UHGV virus genome: UHGV-1367859
Length of the DNA: 64,000 nt
Source of the DNA: a virus
Reading direction: 5' to 3' (one strand)
The stretch's first letter is position 1, and each line of letters opens with the position of its first letter. Positions 24,342 through 35,519 of this stretch are shown one piece after another. The translations under genes were made by a program, and so were the position numbers. Under the pieces are notes generated by a model. That model was not told where the DNA came from and made no database searches. It worked only from the letters and a program-made list of their open reading frames with translations.

Positions 24342-26741
24342 ATGAGTGATTTCACAAATTTACCCCCACAACAACTGCCATTCTCCAGAAAGAATAAGGC
24401 TTGGAGAAAGAAGCACCTTGACTGGGCTGGCTCTAAGACATTTTTCAACTATTCTTTGGTAAGGAAGAGTGTGATACATAAGAAAATCAACTATGATTTA
24501 CTTAATGGTAGGCTTCACATGAGTGACCTTGCAATGGTATTGAACCCTGATAACATAAAGGCAGGTTACATACCTGAAAGGATTCAACATTACCCTATAA
24601 TGAATAGTAAGCTGAATGTTCTTAGGGGAGAAGAGTCCGATAGAGTATTTGACTATAGGGTAGTTGTAACTAATCCAAATGCTATTTCTGAAATAGAGAA
24701 TAATAAAAAGCAGGAATTACTTGCAAGAGTTCAGCAACTATTAGCTGAGGAGACTCAATCAGAGGAAGAGTTCAATGCAGAGCTTGAAAAACTCAATGAC
24801 TTCTTTACTTTTGAGTGGCAAGACATGAGAGAGGTAAGAGCCAATGCTCTCCTTAATCACTACTCTAAAGAGCTTAATTTCCCCTTCCTCTTTAACCAAG
24901 GTTTTACTGATGCAATGGCAGTAGGTGAAGAGATTTACCAATGTGATATTGTAGGTGGTGAACCTATCATAGAAAGACTAAATCCTCTTAAAGTCAGAGT
25001 ATTCAAGTCAGGATATAGTAACAGGATTGAGGATGCTGATATGATTGTACTTGAGGACTATTGGAGTCCTGGTAAAATCATAGACACTTATTATGATGTC
25101 CTTACCAAAAAGGACATGGAGTACATAGAAAAGATGCCCAATAACACAGACCAAGTAACTGACTCTATGGATAACATAGATGATAGAATGGGGTTTGTAA
25201 ATGGGCACATGATAGGGGAAGAATTTACTTCTCAGGAAGGTTTCTTCTGGGACCCCATAGGAATGACAGATGGTGTAGGCACTTCACTTCTTCCTTTTGA
25301 TGTTGCAGGAAATATAAGGGTACTTAGAGTTTACTGGAAATCAAGAAGGAGAATTAAGAAAGTTAAGTCTTACGACCCTCAGACAGGTGAAGAGGTATTT
25401 AATCTCTACCCAGAAACTTACGTTATAGATAAGGACAAAGGTGAGGAGGAAAAGATATTATATATCAATGAAGCCTGGGAAGGGACAAAGATAGGTAATG
25501 ACATCTATGTCAACATGAGACCTAGAGTAGTTCAGTATAACAGACTATCCAATCCTTCAAGGTGCCATTTTGGTATTATAGGTTCTATCTATAACCTTAA
25601 TGACAACAAGCCTTTCTCTCTTGTTGATATGATGAAGCCCTATAACTATCTCTATGATACAATTCATGATAGGCTCAACAAGCTAATCTCAAGAAACTGG
25701 GGTATGCTTATTAACCTTGACCTTGCTAAGGTTCCTAAAGGATGGGAGATAGAGAAATGGATGTACTTTGCTAAGACTAATGGTATTGTAGTTACAGATA
25801 GTTTTAAGGAAGGCAATATTGGTGCTGCTACAGGTAAGCTTGCAGGTGCTCTTAACAATGCAAGTTCTGGAGTTGTCAATGCTGAACTTGGTAATACTAT
25901 ACAGCAATATACCAATCTTCTTGAGTTTATCAAGATGGAAATGTCTGATGTGGCTGGTATTTCTAGGCAAAGAGAAGGTCAGATAAGTAATAGAGAGACT
26001 GTTGGTGGTGTCGAAAGAGCTACCTTACAATCTTCTCATATAACTGAATGGCTCTTTATCATACATGATGATGTAAAGAAGAGGGTTCTTGAGGCATTCC
26101 TTGAAACAGCTAAGATAGCTTTAAGAGGCAGAAGTAAGAAGTTCCAGTATATTCTTTCTGATAATTCAAGTAAGGTTATGGACATAGATGGAGATGAGTT
26201 CTCTGAAAATGATTATGGCCTTGTTGTAGATAATAGTAATGGACTACAGGAGTTACAGCAGAAGATGGATATGCTTGCTCAGGCAGCTTTGCAGAATCAG
26301 ACTCTTACCTTCTCCACTATCATGAAGCTCTATAATAGCTCTTCTCTTGCTGAAAAACAGAGAATGGTTGAGAAGAATGAACAGGAGCTTATGCAAAGAC
26401 AGCAGGAAGCTCAACAGCAGCAATTACAGGCTCAGCAACAATAGGCTCAGATGGAAGCTCAGATAAGGGAAGCTGAAATGCAGCTCAAAGATACAATGAA
26501 TCAGAGAGATAATGAGACTAAGATACTTATAGCAGGTATAGGTTCTCAAAGTCAGGAAGATGGCATCCAAGAGCAGGAGTTTTCTGAAGAGGCAAGAGCT
26601 AATCTGTTTGAAAAGATGAGAGAGTTTGATGAGAGGCTCAAACTTGACAGAGAAAGGTTAGCCTTTGATAAGAAGAAAGCTCAAACTGATGCTGAACTCA
26701 AAAGAAAATAGATTAATAAGAAACCAAATACTAGTAAGTAA
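24342..26741 (+). CDS. portal protein (candidate) with two in-frame TAGs near the C-terminus
   Basis: A 700-aa track ORF follows TerL. It continues in frame through TAG 26442 and TAG 26709 to TAA 26739-26741. Gln-rich tail. Confidence 0.5.
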
Positions 26742-27655
26742 TGAGAAAATTTGATAATATAATACATTCAAATTCAGCCCCTCCTACCAATAGTCTGTGG
26801 CTCCATAATGACAAACTTCAATACCATAACAATGGCAAATGGACTGATATAATATTAACGATAGGAGAAGACAATCCAGAGGCTAAGTTAAAGTTTGAAG
26901 AGAGAGAACTGAGTCCCCTACATGACTATGTACCTGTTATACTTGTAAATAGAGACCGCGACGCGCCACTCAAAATTTTAGCAACGTTTTATAATGGTCA
27001 AGTAACAGCAATTGCCGATGGCAAGGCTATTATTTTCAATGTAGACTACAATGAGAATTGGCTTGTAAAGGAGACTAGAATTATTGACCTTACTCTACTT
27101 CCTACCTATGTTGACCTTGAACTAGGTGACTCTCCTGAGATTGAAGCATATAATAGAGAACAGCTGTCTAGGGTGGCAGGAACATAGTTCCTTGTTCATG
27201 CTGACTATGGCATTGGAGTAGGTTCTTGGTATTATAATGCAGGTGGAGAAGCTACCATCACTACAGCATCAGGTAACAGAGTGCATTACATATTAACTGC
27301 GGATGGAGCTTGTAGAAGGGATGCTGACCACTTTGACCATTCTGAATTATTTTATGATTTAGGGGTTATTAACTTAGCTGAAATAACTCCTACAACTATA
27401 ATAAATAAAGAGATAACTGACTCTGTAGGGGTGGCTCAGTTCAAAAAAGCTTCGAATGTAGTTCTGACTGTTCACACTTCAAATGGAGATTTTGAAGTTA
27501 ATTGCCCTCAGGTTTCAATGGGTCCTATTCAAAAGACATTTAATAGTCCTAGCATTGTAGCTGGTAATGAAGATAGTTGGAATTATCTTAAGATAATAGC
27601 TAACATCCAAACTGACCCAAGCAAAGTATTAATCACTATTGAGGCAATGCAATGA
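26741..27655 (+). CDS. hypothetical virion protein with in-frame TAG at 27185
   Basis: Track ORFs 26741..27187 and 27281..27655 share a frame. The exact 3' end is uncertain (see noticed_but_rejected). Confidence 0.45.
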
Positions 27656-28439
27656 GAAAGTTTAGAGCAATAGTACAAACTCCAAAAGAACCATAGGACC
27701 ATGAAGTCTTATGGTATTGGAAGGGTAATCTACTATACTGGAATAATGGAGGTTGGGAACCATTTCATACCAATATTAAAGCTTCAGATATAAAATTTGA
27801 GTCTATCTTTTTTGATAATAAAGATAATGTAGATGAGGTACTAAGGGCATTACTTGAGATAGTTATAAGTAACCAATGGAAAATAGAGAATGCTTTTACA
27901 GTAATTGAAGCTGACAATATCCTTACTAATTCATTCTTTATTGATAGTACTAAGTATTGGTTATCTGAGATTCTTCAACCTTTTACAGTAGGGGCTAAAT
28001 TTATTAAGGTAGGGAAAGGGTTTCTCTCTAAACAGAGAGCTAAAGCTGCTGTAATCAGAGAAGATGGAGTTCCTGTATTAGCTGTAAAGGGTTCCACTAT
28101 ACCTTGTACCCTTACTTAGCCTTTCTTATTCTTAAATCTGGAAGCAATAGACCCTGATTATAAATTCCCATTCTATGTTACTTTAACATTCAAATTTAAA
28201 GGAACTTCATTTGGTAATATAGAAATAGCTACCGTAGATTAGGATGGTGAGTCTATTGAAATAAAAGATACTTTGAGAATAGAACCTGATAATAAATGGC
28301 ACATATATAAAACTACTTTTTTACTTGATAGGTATAAAGGAATAAGGTTTAATTTAAATGCTGATGTAAGGATAAAGGGGTTAAATATGAGAATGAATGA
28401 GGCTAGGACCCTTCATCTCAAGCCAGAAAGTTTAATTAA
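27651..28439 (+). CDS. hypothetical virion protein with in-frame TAG(s)
   Basis: The ATG overlaps the previous stop as ATGA. The first TAG is at 27693. No track ORF covers it. The TAA end is near 28437-28446. Confidence 0.45.
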
Positions 28440-28453
28440 TAAATAATGTAGAT

Positions 28454-29551
28454 ATGACTAAATAGGAAAAGGATGAACTATTTAATGAGTTGCTAGCTTT
28501 TCTCTCTAGGTCTTCAGTAAGTGTTGAAGACCTTCCAGAGGCTGGCAGCTTAGATGATGTGAATAGTTTTCCTGCATATAAGAAAGACTCTAAGGAGCTG
28601 GTAACCATTCCTTCTAGTGCTCTTAAAGAAGCTTCAAATAAAGCTGATGCAGCTGCTCAGTCTGCACTTAGTGCATCTTAGCAATGTATGATTGCTGGAG
28701 CTAATGCTAACAATGCTGTATAGAGAGTCAACTAGACCTTGAATTCTTTGCCTGGTTAGGTAGAAACACTGGTTAATAATTCTACTAGTGCACAGTCTAA
28801 TGTAAATTCTAGAATTATTAATTTCTATACAAGTAGACCTTCTTCTAATGCACTTGAATTAGAAATAACTGTATCAGAAAATGATTATAGAACTTTTGAA
28901 TAGCTTCTGGAAGAAGAGTATGACTATGCTGATAGTTATGACCATAGACCAATAATATTTACAGTTCTACAGAATAATGGTGTACCTAAGTATAGGAAGA
29001 TTGTTTATGACAATAACCTTAGGGATAGTTAGAACTATATTGACTATGACTTAAGTGGACTTCATGAGAGAATAGATACTCTTGACAGTAGGGTTCCTTA
29101 TGATGCAGGAATAATAGAACTAGATTTAGTAAGTCAAGGAGAAACAACTTCCAAACAGGAAACTTTATTGCCTTCTAATAAAAATTATTTCAAATTTATA
29201 GAGATACTAGAATAGAGGGATAATAGGACTGTGCTATGTACTATTGTCCCATCTAAAACTTAGGTAGGAAGTCCTTATACTGGTTTCAGATTCTTATGTT
29301 CTCTTCATAAGGATGGCTATGACTGGTCTATTCTTACAGGTAAATATATTGATGTTGGTGAGGATGCAATAAACATTTATTATCTTTGTATTAAATGTTA
29401 TAAGCCAACTTTTGGAGTAGGTGATGGGATGAGTATATTAAAGTATCCTATTAAACAAGTAACTATTAGGCTTACTGAAGGTGAAGGAGATGGTCATTGT
29501 ACAGAATTGTAGGAGATTAAAGCAACTGAAATAGTTGAAAAAATGATATAA
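28454..29551 (+). CDS. hypothetical virion protein, about 10 in-frame TAG codons
   Basis: One frame runs from ATG 28454 to TAA 29549. Track ORF 28490..28681 is its N-terminal piece. TAGs seen include tct-tag-caa, gta-tag-aga and aac-tag-acc. Confidence 0.5.
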
Positions 29552-29574
29552 TAAATGATAAATGAATTTTAAGT

Positions 29575-30633
29575 ATGGAAATTGAATATTTAGGAAAAAG
29601 CTCTTTTAATAAAATATAGAACTAGCTTCAGCTTCTTAATTCCTATAGTGAATGGAAAGACATCACTGAAGAGTGTGTTCATATTGGATATAAAGTTAAT
29701 CCACAGATAGTTCCTTAGGATTTGCAAGAAGGTAATGACATTTTTGTGGAAGATGAAAATAGTATTGCAATAAATGCTGTAAGCCTCTTATCAGAGGATG
29801 CTACTTGGTGTGGTGACTTGAACGTTGCGTATAACTTTAAAATATTAATTTAGCCTAAAGCTTCTTCTAGCTCTGACATGGGTTTAATTGCTCAAACTAT
29901 CTTAAGTAAGGATTTTGTTGGAAAAACCCTCGTAGTAAAAGCTGCTAATATTGGAGAGGAAGTGGAAGAGGATTACTCCATATAGGACATAACAGTTAGT
30001 GAAGTTTTAGAAAATGGACTTACATATAAATAGAGGGAGAGCAGGTTTTTCAATGAGAAGGAGCAATTTGTGGCAAGCCTAATGGTAAGTTAGGCAGTAG
30101 TATCTTTCCATTATAACCAGGAATATAAATACAAGGTAGTTTACAAAGACTCTGTCTTTACAACGCCAGCCGACTTTGTAAATAAAATGGTATATGGAGA
30201 CGCTCCTTTTAGTATGATTGGTTAGAAGCTCTCCTCCGCAACTTTCAGTGATGATACCGATTAGATAAGGACCCTCTGGCCATAGGGTTGGGCCTCTTTT
30301 ATAGTTGTTCCAGTATATGAAGGCGAGCCGAATGGTAATGTTAAGTCAGGTCTAAGAGTTGAATATTATAGTGGTGATAACACTAAACATGAAACTATAG
30401 TGGACAATACATCATACCAGTCTATATATGGTTAGACTGATTATCTTATTATACCAAAAGTAAAAGGAGCTACCTAGTCAGACTACCTAGTTATAGGTAG
30501 GATTGACTCAGCTTTTAAACCAGTGGGAGTTGAAATCTATGAGATGACTGCTCCTTATAGATAGATTGTCGATAGGGTAAGTGATGTAGACTATAGAATC
30601 AGAGAATTAGAAAAGTAGCTGAATGCTACATAA
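29575..30633 (+). CDS. hypothetical virion protein, about 17 in-frame TAG codons (about 5%)
   Basis: One frame runs from ATG 29575 to TAA 30631. No track ORF of 60 aa or more covers it because of the TAG density. Confidence 0.5.
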
Positions 30634-30658
30634 ATATAATATTTTTTTTTCTAATCAC

Positions 30659-30704
30659 AATAAATCTACTTATTCTATCGTGTAAGTAGATTTATTGTTT
30701 TAAC
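30659..30704 (+). terminator. Rho-independent terminator
   Basis: Perfect 14-bp stem aataaatctactta / taagtagatttatt with a 10-nt loop, followed by gtttt. Confidence 0.7.
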
Positions 30705-30708
30705 TTTG
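30701..30708 (+). promoter_or_regulatory. -7 promoter box TAACTTTG only 4 nt upstream of ATG 30713
   Basis: ttttaactttgtgcgATG. The leader would be very short or absent. Confidence 0.3.
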
Positions 30709-30712
30709 TGCG

Positions 30713-31138
30713 ATGAAAAAATATATAATTTGTTGGATAATAGTAATAGCAAGTATACTTTCATCAAGCTTAATATCCTGCACAACTACAAGAGAGGTTG
30801 AAGTTCCTGTTTACATCGAGACTACAAAGACTGAATATATCAACTAGCTTTATAAAGATAGCATATTTATACATGATAGTATTGATAGATATATTTCAGG
30901 AGATACTGTGTATCAGTATAAATACAAGTACATATATAAGTATCTGAACAGAACAGACACTATAGTTAAGACTGATAGTATAGAAGTCCCTGTTGAAGTA
31001 AAGACAACTGAAATAAAGGAAGTCAATAAGTTAAAGGGCTATCAATCATTTCTTATGTGCTTTGGATTTGGCTTTATCCTTATCCTGCTTTATAAGGCTA
31101 TTAACTTTGGGAGAACCATTTTTAATAAGAGCAACTAA
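30713..31138 (+). CDS. lipoprotein with C-terminal TM helix (o-spanin-like candidate), one in-frame TAG
   Basis: MKKYIICWIIVIASILSSSLISC is a lipoprotein signal with a lipobox Cys. The C-terminal segment is FLMCFGFGFILILLY. Track ORF 30908..31138 is its C-terminal part. Confidence 0.4.
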
Positions 31139-31317
31139 CTAGTTGTTAGCCTAAATAAACCTTCTAGTTAGCAGTTATGATAACTACAGGTACTACGATA
31201 GTCTCAGTAACTTCAACTCTAGGTATGAGTACAGTAACTCGAATGCTAATTTAGGCTTGCTCAAATCTTTCAAGTGATAATGCTTAAAAGAGCAAAACTC
31301 AACTTGAAAATCAATAT

Positions 31318-31677
31318 ATGGAAATGATTGGGATGGAAACACTCATTACTGGAGGTATAGGGTTACTTACTACTATTGTTAGTGCTTGGGCTTCCTGGGT
31401 ATTTGCCAGGAAGAAATATAACAGTGAGGTAGATAATAACTTAATACAAAACATGCAAGAATCTTTGGACTTTTACAAGAAGTTGTCCGATGATAATAGG
31501 GCAAGGCTGGAAGAGGTTCTGAAGAGAAATGAAGACTTGGAAGATGAGGTTAGAGAACTAAGGGCACAGCTATTCAGCCTTATGAGTTCTATCTGTACTG
31601 ACCTCTCTTGTCAAATAAGAAGAAGGGAACTTACAAACTTAGATACATTCAAACATGAAGAAAGTAAATCTGAATAA
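31318..31677 (+). CDS. N-terminal TM plus coiled-coil protein (i-spanin-like candidate)
   Basis: The TM segment GGIGLLTTIVSAWASWVFA is followed by a charged coiled coil (RARLEEVLKRNEDLEDEVRELRAQL). Confidence 0.3.
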   Translation: MEMIGMETLITGGIGLLTTIVSAWASWVFARKKYNSEVDNNLIQNMQESLDFYKKLSDDNRARLEEVLKRNEDLEDEVRELRAQLFSLMSSICTDLSCQIRRRELTNLDTFKHEESKSE

Positions 31678-31909
31678 CCTATATGAGTCCCCTTATTCCC
31701 CTACAGACATCAAGATTTTATGGGTAGATAGGGATGAATCAACTGGGGACATTAGGGCAATCCACAGGTACAATGTTAAGACCAAGACTTGGGAACCTTA
31801 TCTAGTATCAGTGGATTATATGCAACCTACTCCTCCTGAATCTGAGACCACTCAAGTAATCAGTGAGGAACCCAAGAAAGAAGAAGTAACTAACTCTAAA
31901 GAAGAATAA
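31655..31909 (+). CDS. hypothetical protein
   Basis: 84 aa ORF. Confidence 0.3.
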   Translation: MKKVNLNNLYESPYSPTDIKILWVDRDESTGDIRAIHRYNVKTKTWEPYLVSVDYMQPTPPESETTQVISEEPKKEEVTNSKEE

Positions 31910-31966
31910 CTATGGCTAGAAGAGCAAAACCTATGTCCCCTAAAGCTGGACTTAAAAAGAAAAGAT

Positions 31967-32374
31967 ATGGCAAAGGAGGATGTCTTAAGAAGTGAAGTCC
32001 TGTATAAGGTACTTTTAGGCTCCTTAAAGATTATACCAATGCTGATAGCAATGTGCTATATGTTAAACACAGCACTTGCATATATAGATATTGACATTCC
32101 AGTGTTGAGTAACCTCGCTGGGATGTCTTTGTTTACATGGGTATTCATTTACTTAGCCTCTATAGTATTCAGATTTTGTGCATATCATAGAATGTTTCTG
32201 TACTATATACTTGTCATAGACATACTGAATATAGTTGATTATTATGTAGGAATACCTATATCAGACTTTAATTTAATGATGATTCACAGTGTCATAACAG
32301 GACTGACATTATTCACAATATTATATCTATATGTTAAACATAATAAGCAATCTATTAAGACGTATAGCCGATAG
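31967..32374 (+). CDS. integral membrane protein (about 4 TM)
   Basis: Hydrophobic segments IIPMLIAMCYMLNTALAYI, SLFTWVFIYLASIVF, MFLYYILVIDILNIV and VITGLTLFTILYLYV. Confidence 0.4.
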   Translation: MAKEDVLRSEVLYKVLLGSLKIIPMLIAMCYMLNTALAYIDIDIPVLSNLAGMSLFTWVFIYLASIVFRFCAYHRMFLYYILVIDILNIVDYYVGIPISDFNLMMIHSVITGLTLFTILYLYVKHNKQSIKTYSR

Positions 32375-32627
32375 AATTGATGAAGGTTCCATTAGTTCTA
32401 ACCATGAAGAGACTATGCAGGTTGTGGAGGCTATTCAAGGATTTGTTGATAAGGAACAGAGACTCAGTAAGTATGAAGCCTGTAGATACCTTAATATAAG
32501 TAGAGCTACATTTGATAATTATGTCAGAGCAGGCAGATTGCCTAGAGGTAAACATCAGGCAGGTTTCAAAGAATTATCATGGTCTAAGAAAGAACTTGAT
32601 TCTATTATAAGGGAGAATAGAAAATAA
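32331..32627 (+). CDS. helix-turn-helix DNA-binding protein (excisionase/MerR-like)
   Basis: LSKYEACRYLNISRATFDNYVRAGRLP matches the HTH_17/Xis motif. The start is probably an internal Met. Confidence 0.4.
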   Translation: MLNIISNLLRRIADRIDEGSISSNHEETMQVVEAIQGFVDKEQRLSKYEACRYLNISRATFDNYVRAGRLPRGKHQAGFKELSWSKKELDSIIRENRK

Positions 32628-32856
32628 TTGGGTATTGTAGGGGAAGACTAGATAAAAGTGGTAAATTCTCCTACTAGTAGAATATATGATGGATTTATTT
32701 GGATATACTTAGCATAATAATGCTAAAGATGTTGGCTGGTTTTCAGTAAATTATGTGAGTGGTAGCACTGTTAGGTGTACCACTTTTTATTTATAATTTT
32801 ATCCTCTGTAAGCTTACAATAACAACAAAGTTAACCAATCAAATAATCTAACAATT

Positions 32857-33756
32857 ATGGAAAAAACTTATGTTTTTGACACTGCCGACAGAGGTGGATT
32901 TGATTCTACTGCACTCTTAGCAAGTCTAATGGGTAACAGAGGTGTAGACCCTAATCTAATGGCTATGCTCACTAATGGCTCCAAGAACCAAGATGCTTGG
33001 GGAGGTGGAGGAATGTGGTGGATTTGGGTAATCATTATGTTCTGGCTATGGGGTGGAAATGGTAGAAATGGTATGTTTGGTAATGGTGCTGCTGATGGTA
33101 TTCCTAATCAGCTTAATAATGATTGGGGTAGAGAAGTACTTCTTCAAGCTATCAATGGTAATGGTCAGGCAGTTTCACAACTTGCCACAACTCTTAATTG
33201 TGATGTTAATGCCCTACAAGGTGCTATAGGCAATGTACAGAACTCTGTACAATCTGTAGCTAGTCAGCTTGGTATGACAGGTCAGCAAGTTATCAACTCT
33301 ATTCAGCAAGGTAACTGTCAGTTAGGTAATCAAATGGCCCAGTGCTGCTGCAATATTCAAGATGCCATCACTAGGACTAACTATGAGAGCCAACTTTCTA
33401 ATGTAAATCAAACCAACACTCTACAGAATGCTATTAACTTTGTTAATAGTTCAGTGGAGAGAGGGTTCTCATCTACAGCCTATGCTACTGCACAGCAGAC
33501 TTGTGACCTAAAGAATGCTATTGCACAACAGACCACACTTATTAATGATAAGTTCTGTCAGCTAGAAATGAGAGAAATGCAGAATAAGATTGATGCTCTA
33601 AGACAGGAGAACAGCCAATTAGCTCTAGCTGCTTCTCAGCAAGCACAAACTGCTAATATCATTAGTCAAGTAAGACCTACCCCAACTCCTGCTTATGTAG
33701 TTGCAAATCCTTATTGTAACTGTGGTAGCCCTTATACTAATGGATGCAATTGTTAA
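32857..33756 (+). CDS. Asn/Gln/Gly-rich membrane-anchored protein
   Basis: TM segment MWWIWVIIMFWLWGG, then a low-complexity Q/N-rich region and a Cys-rich tail. All Gln are CAA/CAG and there is no TAG. Confidence 0.4.
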   Translation: MEKTYVFDTADRGGFDSTALLASLMGNRGVDPNLMAMLTNGSKNQDAWGGGGMWWIWVIIMFWLWGGNGRNGMFGNGAADGIPNQLNNDWGREVLLQAINGNGQAVSQLATTLNCDVNALQGAIGNVQNSVQSVASQLGMTGQQVINSIQQGNCQLGNQMAQCCCNIQDAITRTNYESQLSNVNQTNTLQNAINFVNSSVERGFSSTAYATAQQTCDLKNAIAQQTTLINDKFCQLEMREMQNKIDALRQENSQLALAASQQAQTANIISQVRPTPTPAYVVANPYCNCGSPYTNGCNC

Positions 33757-33774
33757 TTTCTAAAGTATACAATT

Positions 33775-34206
33775 ATGGCAGTAACAGTTTCACCAGTAGG
33801 ATTAGCCACTGCTCCAGTGGCTAATGAGTTAGCCTTCATGGCTACTTACAAGGAAAAGCTATGCCGTCCGTTCTGTGTAGATTCAACTATACAACCTCAG
33901 GTATCTGTAGTTTATACTACAGGTACCCCAAGGTTGGTTGAGACAACTGTCTTTATCCCTGTCAAGGCAGTGATAACAGTTGTAACTCAGAATAGTCAGT
34001 GTGGTTGCAATGCACATACTCAGCTATTTACTGAAAACTTTGTAGTTGCATTCCAGGGTCAGACTGCTCTACCTACAACAGTAACACTTACCAATGTGGG
34101 AAGAGACCAGTTTGGGTCTAATATAAATTGTGGATGTGCTTTCTCATACACAATAAATGACTCTCTGACTCTTGCTATAACACCACCTGCTGCACCAGCG
34201 GCATAA
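33775..34206 (+). CDS. hypothetical protein
   Basis: 143 aa ORF. Confidence 0.4.
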   Translation: MAVTVSPVGLATAPVANELAFMATYKEKLCRPFCVDSTIQPQVSVVYTTGTPRLVETTVFIPVKAVITVVTQNSQCGCNAHTQLFTENFVVAFQGQTALPTTVTLTNVGRDQFGSNINCGCAFSYTINDSLTLAITPPAAPAA

Positions 34207-34232
34207 ATTTAACCAACTAAATTATCAACAAT

Positions 34233-34745
34233 ATGTTTTCCAACTTAAGAACTAACAGTCAGATATACATACTGCACAAAGAATCTACCCCCTATGTTGA
34301 AGTGGGTCAGGTACTGAGTGTTTCACAACCTCAGCCTAGATTCCCAGTGGCTAACTTCATGAACCCTCAGGAACTCGTAGTAGATGTTGTAGTGAGGATA
34401 AATGGTAATGATGTTACATTGCAGAAGCTTCCTGCAAACCTTGATGTTGCAGACCAAGGAACTTCTAACGGAGCTTTGGTTATAACTACATCAAGAGAAG
34501 CTATGAATGCAGAGGTAGATTCACTCAGACAGAAGAGTCTTGGCATCCTTAATAGTGTAGATTATCATAAGAAAATAGTTCAAGATTGTGAAGTATTACT
34601 TCAAAGATTAAATCCAGAGTTTGCAGAACAGAAACAACAAAAGCAAGAGATAGATATGCTGAAGTCTCAGATGTCTGAAATGATGACAGATATGAAAGAA
34701 TTAATGGCTCAGCTTAAGTCAAAGGAAAGCACAACTAAATCATAA
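34233..34745 (+). CDS. hypothetical protein
   Basis: 170 aa with a coiled-coil C-terminus. Confidence 0.4.
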   Translation: MFSNLRTNSQIYILHKESTPYVEVGQVLSVSQPQPRFPVANFMNPQELVVDVVVRINGNDVTLQKLPANLDVADQGTSNGALVITTSREAMNAEVDSLRQKSLGILNSVDYHKKIVQDCEVLLQRLNPEFAEQKQQKQEIDMLKSQMSEMMTDMKELMAQLKSKESTTKS

Positions 34746-34750
34746 AAACT

Positions 34751-34981
34751 ATGGGAAGAATTTATCAAATAATGGATGAAGATGAAAGAGGTGGCAGAGG
34801 CTCTAGGAGAGAGGATGAAGACTATATGCTTGAAAAGGCTTTCAAGGAAGGTTGTGAACATGGCTATAAGAAAGCTATGAGAGAAGCAGGCTTTGATGAA
34901 AGGAGAGGTGGTCTTTATAGAGGAAGCTATAGAGAAGGCTTTGAGGAAAAGATTGAAAAACTCAAAGAAAAATATAGATGA
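34751..34981 (+). CDS. hypothetical protein (Arg/Glu-rich)
   Basis: 76 aa ORF. Confidence 0.3.
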   Translation: MGRIYQIMDEDERGGRGSRREDEDYMLEKAFKEGCEHGYKKAMREAGFDERRGGLYRGSYREGFEEKIEKLKEKYR

Positions 34982-34982
34982 T

Positions 34983-35384
34983 ATGGGTCTCAGGCAGCAG
35001 TTCAAGATAAGGAAGTATGACTGGGATGTAGTAATATATTACACTGTAGATGAGAAATAGAAGACTGAGATAGTCACTGAACTTAAAGAGCTTCAGCCTG
35101 ACAAAGAAACCTTTGAGAAACTGGAAAGGAACTTGATGAACTCGGAACTTGATACAGGTTTCATATACTCAAGCTTCTATAAGAAGTTCTCACTTATAGT
35201 CATACATAAGGCTTCAAGTATAGGAGAATTTGTTAACACCTTTGAGCATGAAAAGAATCATCTTGAAATGCACATATGTGAGGCTCTTGACATCAATCCT
35301 TACTCTGAGGAAGCTGCAATACTTAGTGGTGAAACAGCTATGCAGATACTCAATGAAGCACTCTATAATATAGCTGAGCTATAA
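34983..35384 (+). CDS. small protein with HExxH motif (HEKNH), one in-frame TAG
   Basis: ATG 34983 to TAA 35382. The track shows only the C-terminal 83 aa (35133..35384). Confidence 0.35.
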
Positions 35385-35390
35385 TACGAA

Positions 35391-35419
35391 GGGAGACAGT
35401 AGTGTCTCCCTTTATTTTT
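35391..35419 (+). terminator. Rho-independent terminator
   Basis: gggagaca-gtag-tgtctccc followed by tttattttt. Confidence 0.8.
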
Positions 35420-35483
35420 ACATTTTTATTTACACTTCCTATAATATTTCATTTAGGCTATTGTACAGTACAGAAACTTTTTC

Positions 35484-35491
35484 TACCTTTG
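35484..35491 (+). promoter_or_regulatory. -7 promoter box TACCTTTG
   Basis: ctttttctacctttgcagcg, 28 nt upstream of ATG 35520. Confidence 0.5.
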
Positions 35492-35519
35492 CAGCGAAGT
35501 TTAATAATGAGAAGTTAAT

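Noticed and set aside
27596-27660. Apparent 1-nt inconsistency between my hand translation (which reaches TAA at 27629) and the track ORF 27281..27655, which ends TGA with ...IIANIQTDPSKVLITIEAMQ
   Set aside because: This is most likely my own misreading or miscounting of one base near 27599-27602. The track's ATGA junction at 27651 is typical. I kept the track coordinates but flag the uncertainty; it could also be a real frameshift.
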